DNA of 64,000 nt from Thermodesulfobacteriota bacterium (GCA_965223335.1 OZ244991.1:324137-388136), one strand, 5' to 3'; shown: positions 17,703-27,790, counted from the first letter of the stretch. Notes: a model not told the origin generated them from the letters alone. A program made the numbers and translations.

Positions 17703-18904
17703 TCCGCCCGCTTTTCCCCCACCAACAGATCGACAGAGTATTTCGCAAACGACATCGATGATGTAAACGCGGGGGAAATCGCGTTTAGAATATGCACTGA
17801 GTTTGCATCCTTAATCAGCACAAAATCCATAACTAAGCTCTTTTGGGACCAGTTGACCAACTGTGGGCGGATACCTACTTTGTCAGACGGTACGAGGTCT
17901 GTGGGCCTAAGGTCTCGTATCATGGTACTCGCCTCGTCATAAAAAAAGCGGGAGAGATATTTTTTCAGTTCCCCCGCGGCTGACCTGCGAAAGGCTCCAT
18001 TGCTAAGGAACAGCACGCACTGGCGGGATAATATTGAAAGCGACTCCACAGACAGGTCCTCAAGCCACCTATATTCCTCACGCCCATAGGCAGGCATCGC
18101 CGTGGGACCGGCAAAAACCCTTCCATCCACCCCGCGCGTAAAATGAACACCCAAAAACGGATTCTCCAAATCTGGTACCGGGTATATGTTGCCCTTGACC
18201 AAATAGGACCTGGCTTGATTAAGCTCCTTATATGTACCTTTAATCGGCAATACCCTATACTCCCGCCCTACTCTGAACGAGCCGGCCACCCTGTCGGCAA
18301 AAGTACCCGCAGCATTTACAAACCAATCAAACTCTATTTCACCCTCTGTGGTACGGGCTACCCTTCTGGCTTTGAGGCCCATAAACGAGCAGCCGAACAT
18401 AAACCTTACACACCCCGTGCATTCCAGATCCTCAACTATAGACTGCAAAACAAGCTTTGGGTCGATGACAGAAGTGTCGGGTGAGTAGAGAGCTTTCTCA
18501 TGTGTGATAGCATGAGGTTCAATCTCCCCGAGCTCTTTTTCATCCACCACACTACACCTGGCACCCGCTCCGAGGGCTCGGTCTCTGAGTTCGTATAAAT
18601 TTGGCAGTCTACCCTCATCCGTAACCACTATTACCTTACCCCTGTTCTCAAGGGGAAGGCCTTTATCTCTGCAATAATCCGTGAGCATTCGGTTTCCTTC
18701 AACACAAAATCTTGCTTTAAAACTGTCGGGACTATAATAGATGCCGGCGTGGAGCACACCGCTGTTTCGCCCGCTCGCATGCATACCCGTGCGAGACTCT
18801 TTATCAATTATGACTATATTCTCGAAACCTCGGAGAACTAGCTCTCGGGCCGTAGTCAAACCCGTGATCCCTGCTCCAACGATGAGCACTTCGGTGCCTA
18901 TCAT
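17699..18904 (-). CDS. lhgO: L-2-hydroxyglutarate oxidase/dehydrogenase (LhgO family)
   Basis: VLIVGAGITGL, SGRNSGVLHAGIYYSPDSFKARFC, IYPVPDLENPFLGVHFTR, GIRPQL and HILNAISPAFTSS all parallel E. coli LhgO. Confidence 0.8.
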   Translation of the reverse strand: MIGTEVLIVGAGITGLTTARELVLRGFENIVIIDKESRTGMHASGRNSGVLHAGIYYSPDSFKARFCVEGNRMLTDYCRDKGLPLENRGKVIVVTDEGRLPNLYELRDRALGAGARCSVVDEKELGEIEPHAITHEKALYSPDTSVIDPKLVLQSIVEDLECTGCVRFMFGCSFMGLKARRVARTTEGEIEFDWFVNAAGTFADRVAGSFRVGREYRVLPIKGTYKELNQARSYLVKGNIYPVPDLENPFLGVHFTRGVDGRVFAGPTAMPAYGREEYRWLEDLSVESLSILSRQCVLFLSNGAFRRSAAGELKKYLSRFFYDEASTMIRDLRPTDLVPSDKVGIRPQLVNWSQKSLVMDFVLIKDANSVHILNAISPAFTSSMSFAKYSVDLLVGEKRAD

Positions 18905-18944
18905 ATTTTTCTATCCACTCCGAGTACCCAAATAATTATCTGGG

Positions 18945-19835
18945 TTAAAATCTTTTGAGCCACTCGGTTATGGTGCTGATGGCTACTTGTGGATTTTCCA
19001 TACAGTCGTGTTTGGCGTCGGGAATAAATATGAGCTCCGAATCGCTATTTCCCGATTCTTTTAGGATCGCCAACAGTGCCTCGGGCTCCTCCCCACTTAC
19101 CAGATGATCGTTCTCACCGTGTATAAACAGCACAGGCACATCCAGATCCGGGATAATCTCGTTGGTCTTTGCTTTGTTCGCCTCGGGGCTACGCATGAAC
19201 CACCACGTCCTATAGGTAAACATCTCTGCATCCGCAGGGTTAAAAGTCGGGCCCCATGCACGGTATGTTATGAACACACGGTCGTTTCGGGGGTCGGAGG
19301 GATCGGGTTTTAACACCTTCTGCGCAATCTCGTATATATGGTCGTATGACGGTATGCTGTTCCATTTGGCCAGACGGTTTCTGTGGGATAATGGCAGGGA
19401 GTAGGAGCAACCCTCGAGTATCATCCCTTTTACCCTCGGGTTATGTCTATCTGTTGCATAATAAATACTCTGGTTCCCACCCAAGCTCCACCCGAGTATA
19501 AATATATTGCTAAAACCCTCCTCACATAGATAATCCACGGCGGCTTCAATATCGAATATAGATTCGTCGAATATTCCCTCGCCCAGGATCTGACCCATAA
19601 ACCCCATGCGAGTATTTATGCTAAGCGAGCTAAACCCATTGTCCACAAGTGCATTAGGCACCAGCCTGGGTGTACCCCTGGCCAGGAAGTGCCCCAGCAC
19701 CCCGTGCACCAAGAGCACCACAGGGGTACGGTAGAGATCGTCCTCGCTTTGGAACTCCCCAGCAACAAACAGTCCATTAATCTGAAATCCGTCTTTGGTA
19801 TTAAAAGAAACAAGCTTGCGCTGTCTGGGAACCAT
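18945..19835 (-). CDS. Alpha/beta-fold hydrolase (paralog A)
   Basis: Nucleophile elbow GWSLGG and oxyanion region LLVHGVLGHF. About 40% identical by eye to the neighbouring gene. Confidence 0.7.
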   Translation of the reverse strand: MVPRQRKLVSFNTKDGFQINGLFVAGEFQSEDDLYRTPVVLLVHGVLGHFLARGTPRLVPNALVDNGFSSLSINTRMGFMGQILGEGIFDESIFDIEAAVDYLCEEGFSNIFILGWSLGGNQSIYYATDRHNPRVKGMILEGCSYSLPLSHRNRLAKWNSIPSYDHIYEIAQKVLKPDPSDPRNDRVFITYRAWGPTFNPADAEMFTYRTWWFMRSPEANKAKTNEIIPDLDVPVLFIHGENDHLVSGEEPEALLAILKESGNSDSELIFIPDAKHDCMENPQVAISTITEWLKRF

Positions 19836-19850
19836 AGATTCTACCTGTGA

Positions 19851-20744
19851 TTAGTCTTTGAACCTTCTGTCCAGCCATCGAACGATAATATCTCCAAGCT
19901 CATCTTCCTTGCCGTCAAACTTGTGCCCCGCATTCACATAGAATGCCGATACGTCGTCGTTGCCCGTGGCCAGAGCCAGCTGAGCAAGATCATGTGTCTC
20001 CTGCGGGTCGACAACCTCGTCGTACCAACCCTGTATAAGCAAAATCGGCACACTTATTTTATCAATGCGTTTATAGGCCATTGCGGCCTCGGCCTCAGGT
20101 CCTGCGAGGAACCACCATGTTTTGTAGGTATAGATCTCGGTGTGCTCGGGCTCATATGTGTCGCCGCGTGCCTTGTAAACCAGGATTGTGCGGTCTTCCT
20201 TAGAGCTGTAAGGGTCGGGTTTAAGTATCTCCTTGGCTTCCTCTAGGACCTCGTCGTAGCTGGGCTCACTGCCCCAGCGGTTCCAACGCCGTCGGATAGA
20301 GTCGGGCATGGAATAGGGCGTGGCAAGCGATATAATGCCGCTTAGCTTAGAGCCCTCTTCCCTTGCAAGCTCAGAGGAAGCGTATCTAAGCACAATGCTT
20401 GTGCCCAGGCTATAGCCCGATAGGATAATTTTTTCGTAACCCAGTTCCCCCAGGTACTCGACAACCCGGTGTATTTGGGGAATGGTATCGTCGAGCAGCC
20501 CATACCCAAAGAACAAGCCAAAGTTAGCCATCCGTGTATTTATTGCCAGCGACGAGTAGCCCGACTCTGCCAGTATGGGGGGCAGAAAACGTTGGCTGCC
20601 GTCAAGAAAGTTGCCCAAAAACCCGTGCACATGGATTACTATCGGGCCGGTGTAATCAACCCCCTTCTCCCCAGGGTCCTGGTGGTAAAACAATCCGTCA
20701 ATCTTACTTTGTTTGAAGGGTATCGATACTAGTTCCTGCTCCAT
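19851..20744 (-). CDS. Alpha/beta-fold hydrolase (paralog B)
   Basis: GYSLGT elbow and IHVHGFLGNF. Shares LAINTRM, TYKTWWF and KPDP blocks with 18945-19835. Confidence 0.7.
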   Translation of the reverse strand: MEQELVSIPFKQSKIDGLFYHQDPGEKGVDYTGPIVIHVHGFLGNFLDGSQRFLPPILAESGYSSLAINTRMANFGLFFGYGLLDDTIPQIHRVVEYLGELGYEKIILSGYSLGTSIVLRYASSELAREEGSKLSGIISLATPYSMPDSIRRRWNRWGSEPSYDEVLEEAKEILKPDPYSSKEDRTILVYKARGDTYEPEHTEIYTYKTWWFLAGPEAEAAMAYKRIDKISVPILLIQGWYDEVVDPQETHDLAQLALATGNDDVSAFYVNAGHKFDGKEDELGDIIVRWLDRRFKD

Positions 20745-20967
20745 ATATACGTTAACTCCATCTAAATGGACAATTTAGCTACCTGTTCTGACGAGGTTTT
20801 TGTAAAAGCCGGTTATCTCCCTCCCCCGCCAATATCATATCTGAGAAATCAGTGTTGAAACAGGCTAATACAGTATGATAGGGTTTGCAATATTACGCTA
20901 ATCTATCCAAGTGAAACCAACACTTATGAACGCTCTGTTAGATTAACGGTTTCAGATTGACTCCATT

Positions 20968-21189
20968 TTAACAAAGCAAATCCAATAACTTTTCTTTATC
21001 CTCTGTTACAAGTTGGTCAGCAAAAGCCTTTGCATCCTGCCACGATGCGCATTGACCCAGCAATACCGACCTGCCCGACTTAGCCCCGAGAGCTTTTATC
21101 TCTTTTGAGACCGAGCTCCATATAATTTGCCAATTCTCATCCGATACCCCTCTTATCCAACCGAATGGAAAGGTACCTACCTTATCCAA
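20968..21189 (-). CDS. Small hypothetical protein
   Basis: 73-aa ORF, last gene on the same strand after the ECF cluster. No recognised motif. Confidence 0.4.
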   Translation of the reverse strand: MDKVGTFPFGWIRGVSDENWQIIWSSVSKEIKALGAKSGRSVLLGQCASWQDAKAFADQLVTEDKEKLLDLLC

Positions 21190-21243
21190 TTATCACTAAC
21201 TCCTTTTATTGCTTTGAATAGGTATAAAACGGTTTCTAAAAAC

Positions 21244-21963
21244 TCAATAGACCTCTTTTACAATCTCCTTTGATCCCGAGGTGTTTACAAACACAGCCTC
21301 AACAAACCCACAGTCCTTAATCCGCCTCATTCCTGTGAGGCCCTCGGCATCGTTTTCCAAAAGCGGTTTGATAAACGTACTCTCCGATGCGCAAAACTCA
21401 CATGTGAACACCACAATCTCGTCCAACTCCCCCCTGGTGCTTACCGTAATATTCCTCTGCTCCTCTTCGTACTGTGCATTCCAGTCACTCACACACTCGA
21501 GCCTGTTTGGGTCAGGGAATACACTCGGCACGGGGACAACTATCGTTTGTATCCCCCTGGCCCCCTTGAACTCCGCTTGCACAAACCCACATTTATGTAG
21601 ACGCTCAAGCCCCGTTAGCCCCCTGTACTCAGTGTGTAAAAATGGTTTAACATAATGATCCTCAAGGCTGCAGTCCGGGCAAGTAAACACCACTATTTCA
21701 TCGAATTGACCTTTTGTCGTTACATTAATCTGTGCGTTTTCGCTTTTATAGATACTGTTCCATAGATCTGCACAGTAAATGCGTTGGGGGTTGGGTCCAA
21801 TCTGGGGGCCGAGGTCCTCAACCTCCACTGCCACCTCTTCGGTTACAGTCTCTTCCGGGTCTTCCCCGTTTGCAAAGCTATAGGTGCTAAGCACTGCAAA
21901 TTGAATAGGAAGAAACAGCGAGAGTAAAAAAATATAATATCTCATTATGGTTACCATCCTCAT
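21244..21963 (-). CDS. Secreted protein made of two tandem ~90-aa Cys-containing repeats
   Basis: Signal peptide ..STYSFA/NG. Repeat 1 is RIYCADLWN..DEIVVFTCPDCS..GLTGLERLHKCGFVQAEF and repeat 2 is RLECVSDWN..DEIVVFTCEFCA..GLTGMRRIKDCGFVEAVF. Confidence 0.65.
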   Translation of the reverse strand: MRMVTIMRYYIFLLSLFLPIQFAVLSTYSFANGEDPEETVTEEVAVEVEDLGPQIGPNPQRIYCADLWNSIYKSENAQINVTTKGQFDEIVVFTCPDCSLEDHYVKPFLHTEYRGLTGLERLHKCGFVQAEFKGARGIQTIVVPVPSVFPDPNRLECVSDWNAQYEEEQRNITVSTRGELDEIVVFTCEFCASESTFIKPLLENDAEGLTGMRRIKDCGFVEAVFVNTSGSKEIVKEVY

Positions 21964-22047
21964 TTTTTTTATAATTCTACTACATTTTGTGATTATGGAA
22001 AAGTAGATTAAGTGCTGAGATCGAAAAATTTAGTAACAGGTGCCTTA

Positions 22048-23265
22048 TTATTTAGTAAAACTTGTGGATATGGTCTTTACACCTGGATTGGCTTTGGTGG
22101 ATTTTTGCTGTATGCGCTCTATTCGTCTATTCACCATTTCTCTTCTTTCAGGTGCCATCTGGCGTAGGTTAACGTAATTGATCACAGCCTCATACCACTG
22201 GCCCAACCTCTCATAGCACTCGCCGAGCGATTGATAAGCCTGCTTCATAACCTTGTTGGGAGGTGGGGGGGAATGGGATATTAACGCTTCGTTTGTTTTA
22301 ATAGAAGCATTGCAATCGCCCAATCTCTGATATCTAAGCGCTGTCTGAAGTCGTTCGTTATATTTGTCCATCCTGTATGACGACCTGTTAGCAGAGATTG
22401 AGCTTGGGGTATTAGAAGTAGCAGATATCGGCTCTACCAGAGATGTACCAGCCCCGGCTGCAAACCCAGAGGATTTCATAAAACGTCGGGGGCTTTGTCT
22501 CGCCAGCGATACTTTGGAGAGCCTGGGTTCTTGGGCCCCGACCGAGGGTTCATGTGCACTGTTTAACAGATCCGAGGAAGCAACCTCTTTAGGACTATCC
22601 GCAAGATTATCAGCCGTGACCTGTTCTTTTTTTGAGCTCTTTGCAGCCATCATGGCAGGGGCCGCTTTCCTGCTTTTAATCTCAGCTACCGGTAGGCTCT
22701 CGGGCAAGGGTTCCTCTTGATCTGTAAATAGTTCGTTATTGTCTTTTGTCCGAGCAGTCATCGCACTAACATCATCGACAGCAGCGGGTTTAGCGGGCGC
22801 TTTCTCGACTGTTACCTTGTTTTCTTCCACTAGTTCAGCTTGCAAAGCCCCTTCCGGCATGTCATCTGATTTGCTGTTAATACCAGCTGTTACTCTTCCA
22901 GAGAACTCATTGCTGTTTATAGAAATATCATCTCCATAATGAACCCAGACAGAGAGTGCGATGATCGAGCCCATAGCCGGGACTAGAATCGGGGAGTAAA
23001 ACCATTTTTTCCAAAACGATGGGTCTTTTTCGCTATTTAACTCTTGTTTTGCGGTTTTTAGCAGTCCTGAGACTAAGTGGTTTGATGGGGTTGTGTGGGG
23101 CTCGTCATTTACAACATTTTTAATCTGTATATATTGCGAATACTGCACTGAACACTCGGGACAGGTATCCAGGTGGCGAGTGATCAAGTCGGTATCGTTT
23201 TTATCCAACTCACCGTATATGTAGTCCATTAACAGATCGTTACATGTCTCGCAATTCATATTCAC
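22048..23265 (-). CDS. Anti-sigma factor (zf-HC2 N-terminus, one TM, low-complexity periplasmic region, C-terminal TPR-like module)
   Basis: CETCNDLL...HLDTCPECSVQY zinc-finger anti-sigma motif. TM segment ILVPAMGSIIALSVWV. Separated from the sigma gene by 2 nt. Confidence 0.75.
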   Translation of the reverse strand: MNMNCETCNDLLMDYIYGELDKNDTDLITRHLDTCPECSVQYSQYIQIKNVVNDEPHTTPSNHLVSGLLKTAKQELNSEKDPSFWKKWFYSPILVPAMGSIIALSVWVHYGDDISINSNEFSGRVTAGINSKSDDMPEGALQAELVEENKVTVEKAPAKPAAVDDVSAMTARTKDNNELFTDQEEPLPESLPVAEIKSRKAAPAMMAAKSSKKEQVTADNLADSPKEVASSDLLNSAHEPSVGAQEPRLSKVSLARQSPRRFMKSSGFAAGAGTSLVEPISATSNTPSSISANRSSYRMDKYNERLQTALRYQRLGDCNASIKTNEALISHSPPPPNKVMKQAYQSLGECYERLGQWYEAVINYVNLRQMAPERREMVNRRIERIQQKSTKANPGVKTISTSFTK

Positions 23266-23267
23266 AT

Positions 23268-23903
23268 TTACACCCCTTTTGCTCCCTCTTGTTGCTCGAA
23301 GTAACCCGATTCCTCAAACGACTGCCTTAGCTGCTGAAACGCATACCTAAGGCGGCTCTTAACTGTACCGAGCGGAGCTTCCGTAATTTCTGCAATCTCG
23401 TGAAACGACAGCCCTTGTACTTCTCTTAATAAAAACACTTCTCTAAACTCCTCACGCAGTGCCTGTATCCCGTTGTCTATTAGCACCCGAAGCTCTATAT
23501 CATAAGCCTTGTCCTCGGGGGTTTTCTCTTGGCTGCGGACTATCTCAAGCACCACAGCCCCTTCGCTGTCCTGCCCCTTAAAGGGTGCGTCCAGTGAGTC
23601 ATGCCTTCTATAACTCTCGGATCTAAGGAAATCTATACAGTGGTTTCTAGCAATACTGTATAGCCATGTAGAAAACTGATGGTTAGGATTGTATTTATTG
23701 CGGCGTTCAATAATTTTAAGAAAGATCTCTTGCAATAGGTCCTCGGCCTGCGGTTTATTTGTGCCGACCATCTTCATGATAAATCTGAGCACTCCACCTT
23801 TGTAACGGTCCAAAAGCAGATCAAAACCCCGCGCATCGCCGTTTTGAAACCTTTCCATTGCTTCTTCGTCTGTAAGTACTTTATTCTGTCTTAAGCGAAA
23901 CAC
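23268..23903 (-). CDS. ECF-type RNA polymerase sigma factor (sigma-70 family group 4)
   Basis: Region 2 DLLQEIFLKI...FSTWLYSIARNHCIDFLR and region 4 FLLREVQGLSFHEIAEITEAPLGTVKSRL. GTG start with GGAG upstream. Confidence 0.85.
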   Translation of the reverse strand: MFRLRQNKVLTDEEAMERFQNGDARGFDLLLDRYKGGVLRFIMKMVGTNKPQAEDLLQEIFLKIIERRNKYNPNHQFSTWLYSIARNHCIDFLRSESYRRHDSLDAPFKGQDSEGAVVLEIVRSQEKTPEDKAYDIELRVLIDNGIQALREEFREVFLLREVQGLSFHEIAEITEAPLGTVKSRLRYAFQQLRQSFEESGYFEQQEGAKGV

Positions 23904-24158
23904 AGGGCTCCTCTATCTACACCTTCATATATATTGATACGAACGAACTCAAAAAAAGCTCTAAATCCTACTAAGCACTAGTTAAATAATATAACCCAAT
24001 ATATCAAAATTCATAAAGCAAATCCAATCACAGATGTCACCGGATCACCGCGTAAATCACAGCTTGTGCTTTAAAACCCTCAATTGAGAGTTTATCAAAA
24101 AAGAATGTAGCAATCGCATACTGAGTCCGCGTATACTACATTAGTACCGGGGATAACT

Positions 24159-24839
24159 ATGTGCGGCAGATACACACAGACCATAGACATCGAGAAACTA
24201 CAGCTCCGTTTCGGATTCGAGTTCTTTATGGAAGAGATTGATTCCATACCTAGGTACAACATTGCCCCCACACAACTTGCACCCGTTGTTGTCCACAACG
24301 AAATACGGCTGCTCAAGATGTTTAGATGGGGTCTCGTTCCCTACTGGGCCAAGGACATGAAAATCGGAAGCAAGCTTATAAATGCCAGGGCCGAGACTAT
24401 CACAGAAAAGCCCAGTTTTAAAAAGCCGTTTAAAAACAAACGCTGCCTTGTTGTAACAGACGGATTTTATGAATGGAAAAAATCCGCCGACAAAAAAACC
24501 AAGTCACCTTACAGGTTCACACTAATAAGCCAAGAACCATTCGCATTCGCCGGGCTTTGGGACAGCTGGAAATCACCAGAAGGTGATGAGATAGAGTCGT
24601 TTACAATTATCACCACATCCGCTAACGAGCTCATGCTTCCGATACATCACCGCATGCCTGTAATCTTAAATCAGAAAGACGAAGAGAAATGGATAGACCC
24701 CAATTACAAAGATACCGACAAACTGATTGCTCTACTAAAACCATATGATTCAGATCTAATGAGTGCGTACCCGGTCTCGACAATAGTAAACTCCCCTAAC
24801 AACGACAGTGCCGAATGCATCGAACCCGCTGGTGAATGA
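24159..24839 (+). CDS. SOS response-associated peptidase (SRAP/YedK) abasic-site processing protein
   Basis: N-terminal MCGRYT catalytic Cys2, then NIAPTQ, NARAET and HHRMPVIL motifs. Confidence 0.85.
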   Translation: MCGRYTQTIDIEKLQLRFGFEFFMEEIDSIPRYNIAPTQLAPVVVHNEIRLLKMFRWGLVPYWAKDMKIGSKLINARAETITEKPSFKKPFKNKRCLVVTDGFYEWKKSADKKTKSPYRFTLISQEPFAFAGLWDSWKSPEGDEIESFTIITTSANELMLPIHHRMPVILNQKDEEKWIDPNYKDTDKLIALLKPYDSDLMSAYPVSTIVNSPNNDSAECIEPAGE

Positions 24840-24911
24840 AAATAGAAAAAATTCATACCTATGGCATAATTAAGACTCCGAAATTTTGGACTTAAAGGAG
24901 GACCACTAATT

Positions 24912-26318
24912 ATGGCCAAAAAAGGTTTTAGGACCGAATCCGATTCCATGGGCGAGATGCAAGTCCCCACGCACGCATATTACGGCGCACAGACAGCACG
25001 TGCAATCGAGAATTTCCCAATAAGCGGCATTCGCAAACACAGTCTGTTAGTACAGGCACTCGGCATGATCAAACTCTCTGCGGCCGAGTCCAATATGGAA
25101 CTGGGCTTGCTTAGCAAAAAACTAGGTAGAGCTATAGTAAAAGCAGCCCAAGAGGTCATAGACGGCAAGCTTGACGACCACTTTGTACTCGATGTGTTCC
25201 AGACAGGGTCGGGCACATCTACCAACATGAATACCAATGAGGTAATAGCGAACAGAGCAAATGAGATACTGGGTGCTAAAAAGGGCGATAAGTCGAGTGT
25301 ACACCCCAATGACCACGTCAATATGGGACAATCGAGTAACGACGTATATCCCACAGCACTCCATGTCTCTGCGGTATTGGCAATAAACTCCAACCTGCTC
25401 CCCGCTCTTAAGAAACTGGAACGTACACTCAGATCCAAGGCTAAACAGTTCGATAAGATTGTAAAAATAGGACGCACACACCTACAAGACGCTACGCCTA
25501 TCAGATTAGGCCAGGAATTTAGCGGCTACGAAAGCATGATTAGCCATGGTATTAGGCGCGTAAACAACGCCAAGGTAGAGCTGGCGGAACTGGCGATAGG
25601 CGGCACAGCAGTAGGCACGGGGATTAATACACACCCCAGGTTCTCAAGGCTCGTATGCTCTAAACTGAGTAAACTGGCTGGTGCAAAATTTAGGGAGGCT
25701 GAAAACCACTTTGAGGCCCAGGGCTCTAAAGACGCAGTTGTCGAAACCAGCGGGTCACTTAAAACACTCGCGGTAAGCCTCATGAAGATCGCAAACGATC
25801 TTCGTTGGCTCGGTAGTGGTCCTCGCTGCGGGATAGGGGAGATTCATATCCCCCCTGTACAGCCAGGCTCATCAATTATGCCGGGTAAGGTAAACCCGGT
25901 TATACCCGAGGCCGTTTGCCAGGTTGCCGCACAGGTAATGGGCAATGACCTCACTATCACGATCGGGGGCCAGATGGGCAACTTTGAGCTAAACGTCATG
26001 ATGCCAGTAAAGGGCCACAACCTGCTGCAGTCCATAGACCTCTTGGCCCGTGCTTCAGATGTATTCGCCGATAAATGCATAAAGGGCATTAAAGCCGATA
26101 AAAAGCGCTGCAATGAACTGATCGAACAGAGCCTTGCCATGTGCACAAGCCTTGCACCCGTTATCGGCTACGATAACGCTGCCAGCATAGCAAAAGAGGC
26201 CTATGCCACCGGAAAAACCGTAAGGGAAGTAGCCCTAGAAAACAAAGTGCTGTCTGCGGACAAGCTAAATGAGCTGCTAGACCCATGGTCAATGACAGAA
26301 CCCGGGACAAAAAGCTAA
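24912..26318 (+). CDS. fumC: Class II fumarate hydratase
   Basis: QTGSGTSTNMNTNEVIANRA, VHPNDHVNMGQSSNDVYPTA, VKIGRTHLQDATPIRLGQE, GPRCGIGEIHIP..GSSIMPGKVNP and GNFELNV all match remembered E. coli FumC blocks better than AspA. Confidence 0.9.
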   Translation: MAKKGFRTESDSMGEMQVPTHAYYGAQTARAIENFPISGIRKHSLLVQALGMIKLSAAESNMELGLLSKKLGRAIVKAAQEVIDGKLDDHFVLDVFQTGSGTSTNMNTNEVIANRANEILGAKKGDKSSVHPNDHVNMGQSSNDVYPTALHVSAVLAINSNLLPALKKLERTLRSKAKQFDKIVKIGRTHLQDATPIRLGQEFSGYESMISHGIRRVNNAKVELAELAIGGTAVGTGINTHPRFSRLVCSKLSKLAGAKFREAENHFEAQGSKDAVVETSGSLKTLAVSLMKIANDLRWLGSGPRCGIGEIHIPPVQPGSSIMPGKVNPVIPEAVCQVAAQVMGNDLTITIGGQMGNFELNVMMPVKGHNLLQSIDLLARASDVFADKCIKGIKADKKRCNELIEQSLAMCTSLAPVIGYDNAASIAKEAYATGKTVREVALENKVLSADKLNELLDPWSMTEPGTKS

Positions 26319-26348
26319 GGAGCTATGTTGGGTACAAGGCACCACGAG

Positions 26349-27059
26349 CTAAGATAAAAAACACTCAAAGGCTTTTGAGACTAAGTCCTTCCCCCCAGTG
26401 GGGATAATGTCCCTGTGCGCCAAGAGCACGCGGTCGAAGTCGAGTGATAAGACCTTTTTTGCAGACTCACGCGCTTTTGCTTTGTCCCTTAGAAAAACGT
26501 ATCGGTCGATCCACGGTACTCTGGGCGGGCCGTATAACCCGAAGATTCGGGTAAATAATTTTAGTCCTCGTGGTAGCTCTTTTGGAAAATTAAATAACAG
26601 GTCTGTAAGCATGAGAGTCCTGCTCTCGGGGTGAAAAAACACCGTCTCGTTTAACTTGGGCATACCCCCGAATACAAAATTTTCCAACTCTCCCTGAGTT
26701 CCGAATTGTGTGTCGTCCCCAAGCTCGCCGTCAAAGGTCAAATCCATTCTTTTCTTTGAGAGCCCCGGAGCACCCCATAGCTCGGCCTTGGGGTAAACAT
26801 CGCACAATTGCGCTAAATAGAGATGATGAAATGTATTGGGTCCAACTATAAATTTTACTTCTCCTAAAGAATCCACCTCAGCTCTGAGCTTATCATTTAG
26901 ACTAATGGGAGAGATCAAAACAAGCTCTTTCCCTCCAATCCTAATAACATTCATACGCGTCCCTAAATCGAATCCCATAAACTTGTGTGAGACACTCACA
27001 GTCCAGATGTTATCGGCAAGTTGAATTAAAGATAGCAGTTTTGAGCTCTGATTGTTCAT
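26349..27059 (-). CDS. Hypothetical protein, DUF4336-like
   Basis: 236 aa. The GPNTFHHLYLAQLCDVYPKAELWGAPGL block is as I recall for DUF4336. Family assignment is from memory only. Confidence 0.45.
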   Translation of the reverse strand: MNNQSSKLLSLIQLADNIWTVSVSHKFMGFDLGTRMNVIRIGGKELVLISPISLNDKLRAEVDSLGEVKFIVGPNTFHHLYLAQLCDVYPKAELWGAPGLSKKRMDLTFDGELGDDTQFGTQGELENFVFGGMPKLNETVFFHPESRTLMLTDLLFNFPKELPRGLKLFTRIFGLYGPPRVPWIDRYVFLRDKAKARESAKKVLSLDFDRVLLAHRDIIPTGGKDLVSKAFECFLS

Positions 27060-27227
27060 ACACGAATAGTATAAATGTTCTTTTCTTAATCACTAACTTG
27101 AGCTTATATTAACCAATAACAAGCTTACACCCACTTTATTGTGCATCTGCCTGCATTATTTTTATCGCACAATCTTAACTTCCCGCAAACGCATGATAAT
27201 TTTTTGTGCAATTGCGAAGAAAAACCC

Positions 27228-27256
27228 TTGACAACCCCATATGCAACCATTATATT
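27228..27256 (+). promoter_or_regulatory. Sigma70-type promoter
   Basis: TTGACA (27228-33), 17-nt spacer, TATATT (27251-56), about 37 nt upstream of ATG 27293. Confidence 0.55.
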
Positions 27257-27292
27257 ATAGATAAATCAGAAACTTGCTAGGAGGTCATGAAA

Positions 27293-27712
27293 ATGGCAAC
27301 TGCAACAAAAAGCACTACAAAAACAAAAGATTTCACGGAGCCGCTAAAAGAGTTTTCCGGTCTATTTAAAGAAAATTACAAAAACGGACTGGACTTCACT
27401 TTTTCGGTGCTAGAGCAGAACATCAAAGCTGTCAACGCACAAGTTGATCAGTGGTTTGAGCTCGAGAAGGACTACTTCAACACACTCGACGGTTACTACA
27501 AGGATCTTCCCAGGGAGCTGCCCTTTGTAAACGGCAACATTAAACCAGCTAAAGAACAGCTGGACCGTCTGGTTGCTCTTAGGAAAGATCAGGTAGAAAA
27601 CTTTAAGACCATGTCCGAGAAGGTCCTGAAAGAGACACGCTCATACGCAGAAGAGAACACTGACAAGGCATTCTCGATCTTCGAAGACTACTTAAACACA
27701 CTCAAGATATAA
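27293..27712 (+). CDS. Hypothetical all-helical protein (possibly phasin-like)
   Basis: ATG 27293 is preferred (AGGAGG 8 nt upstream). Charged helical composition with no catalytic motif. Has its own promoter and terminator. Confidence 0.55.
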   Translation: MATATKSTTKTKDFTEPLKEFSGLFKENYKNGLDFTFSVLEQNIKAVNAQVDQWFELEKDYFNTLDGYYKDLPRELPFVNGNIKPAKEQLDRLVALRKDQVENFKTMSEKVLKETRSYAEENTDKAFSIFEDYLNTLKI

Positions 27713-27745
27713 GACCAGCTGATTTCGTAAATACCTCATTCGTTA

Positions 27746-27790
27746 CCCACATCCGATGACTGGCATCGTCGGATGTGGGTTTCATTTTTT
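27746..27790 (+). terminator. Rho-independent terminator
   Basis: Stem cccacatccgatga (27746-59) / tcgtcggatgtggg (27766-79), followed by tttcatttttt. Confidence 0.8.

Noticed and set aside
24912-26318. Aspartate ammonia-lyase (AspA) call, prompted by GSSIMPGKVNPVIPE.
   Set aside because: All other signature blocks (QTGSGT, QSSNDVYPTA, GPRCGIGEI, GNFELNV) follow FumC rather than AspA (QGGAGT, CQSTNDAYPT, GPRAGLNEI).
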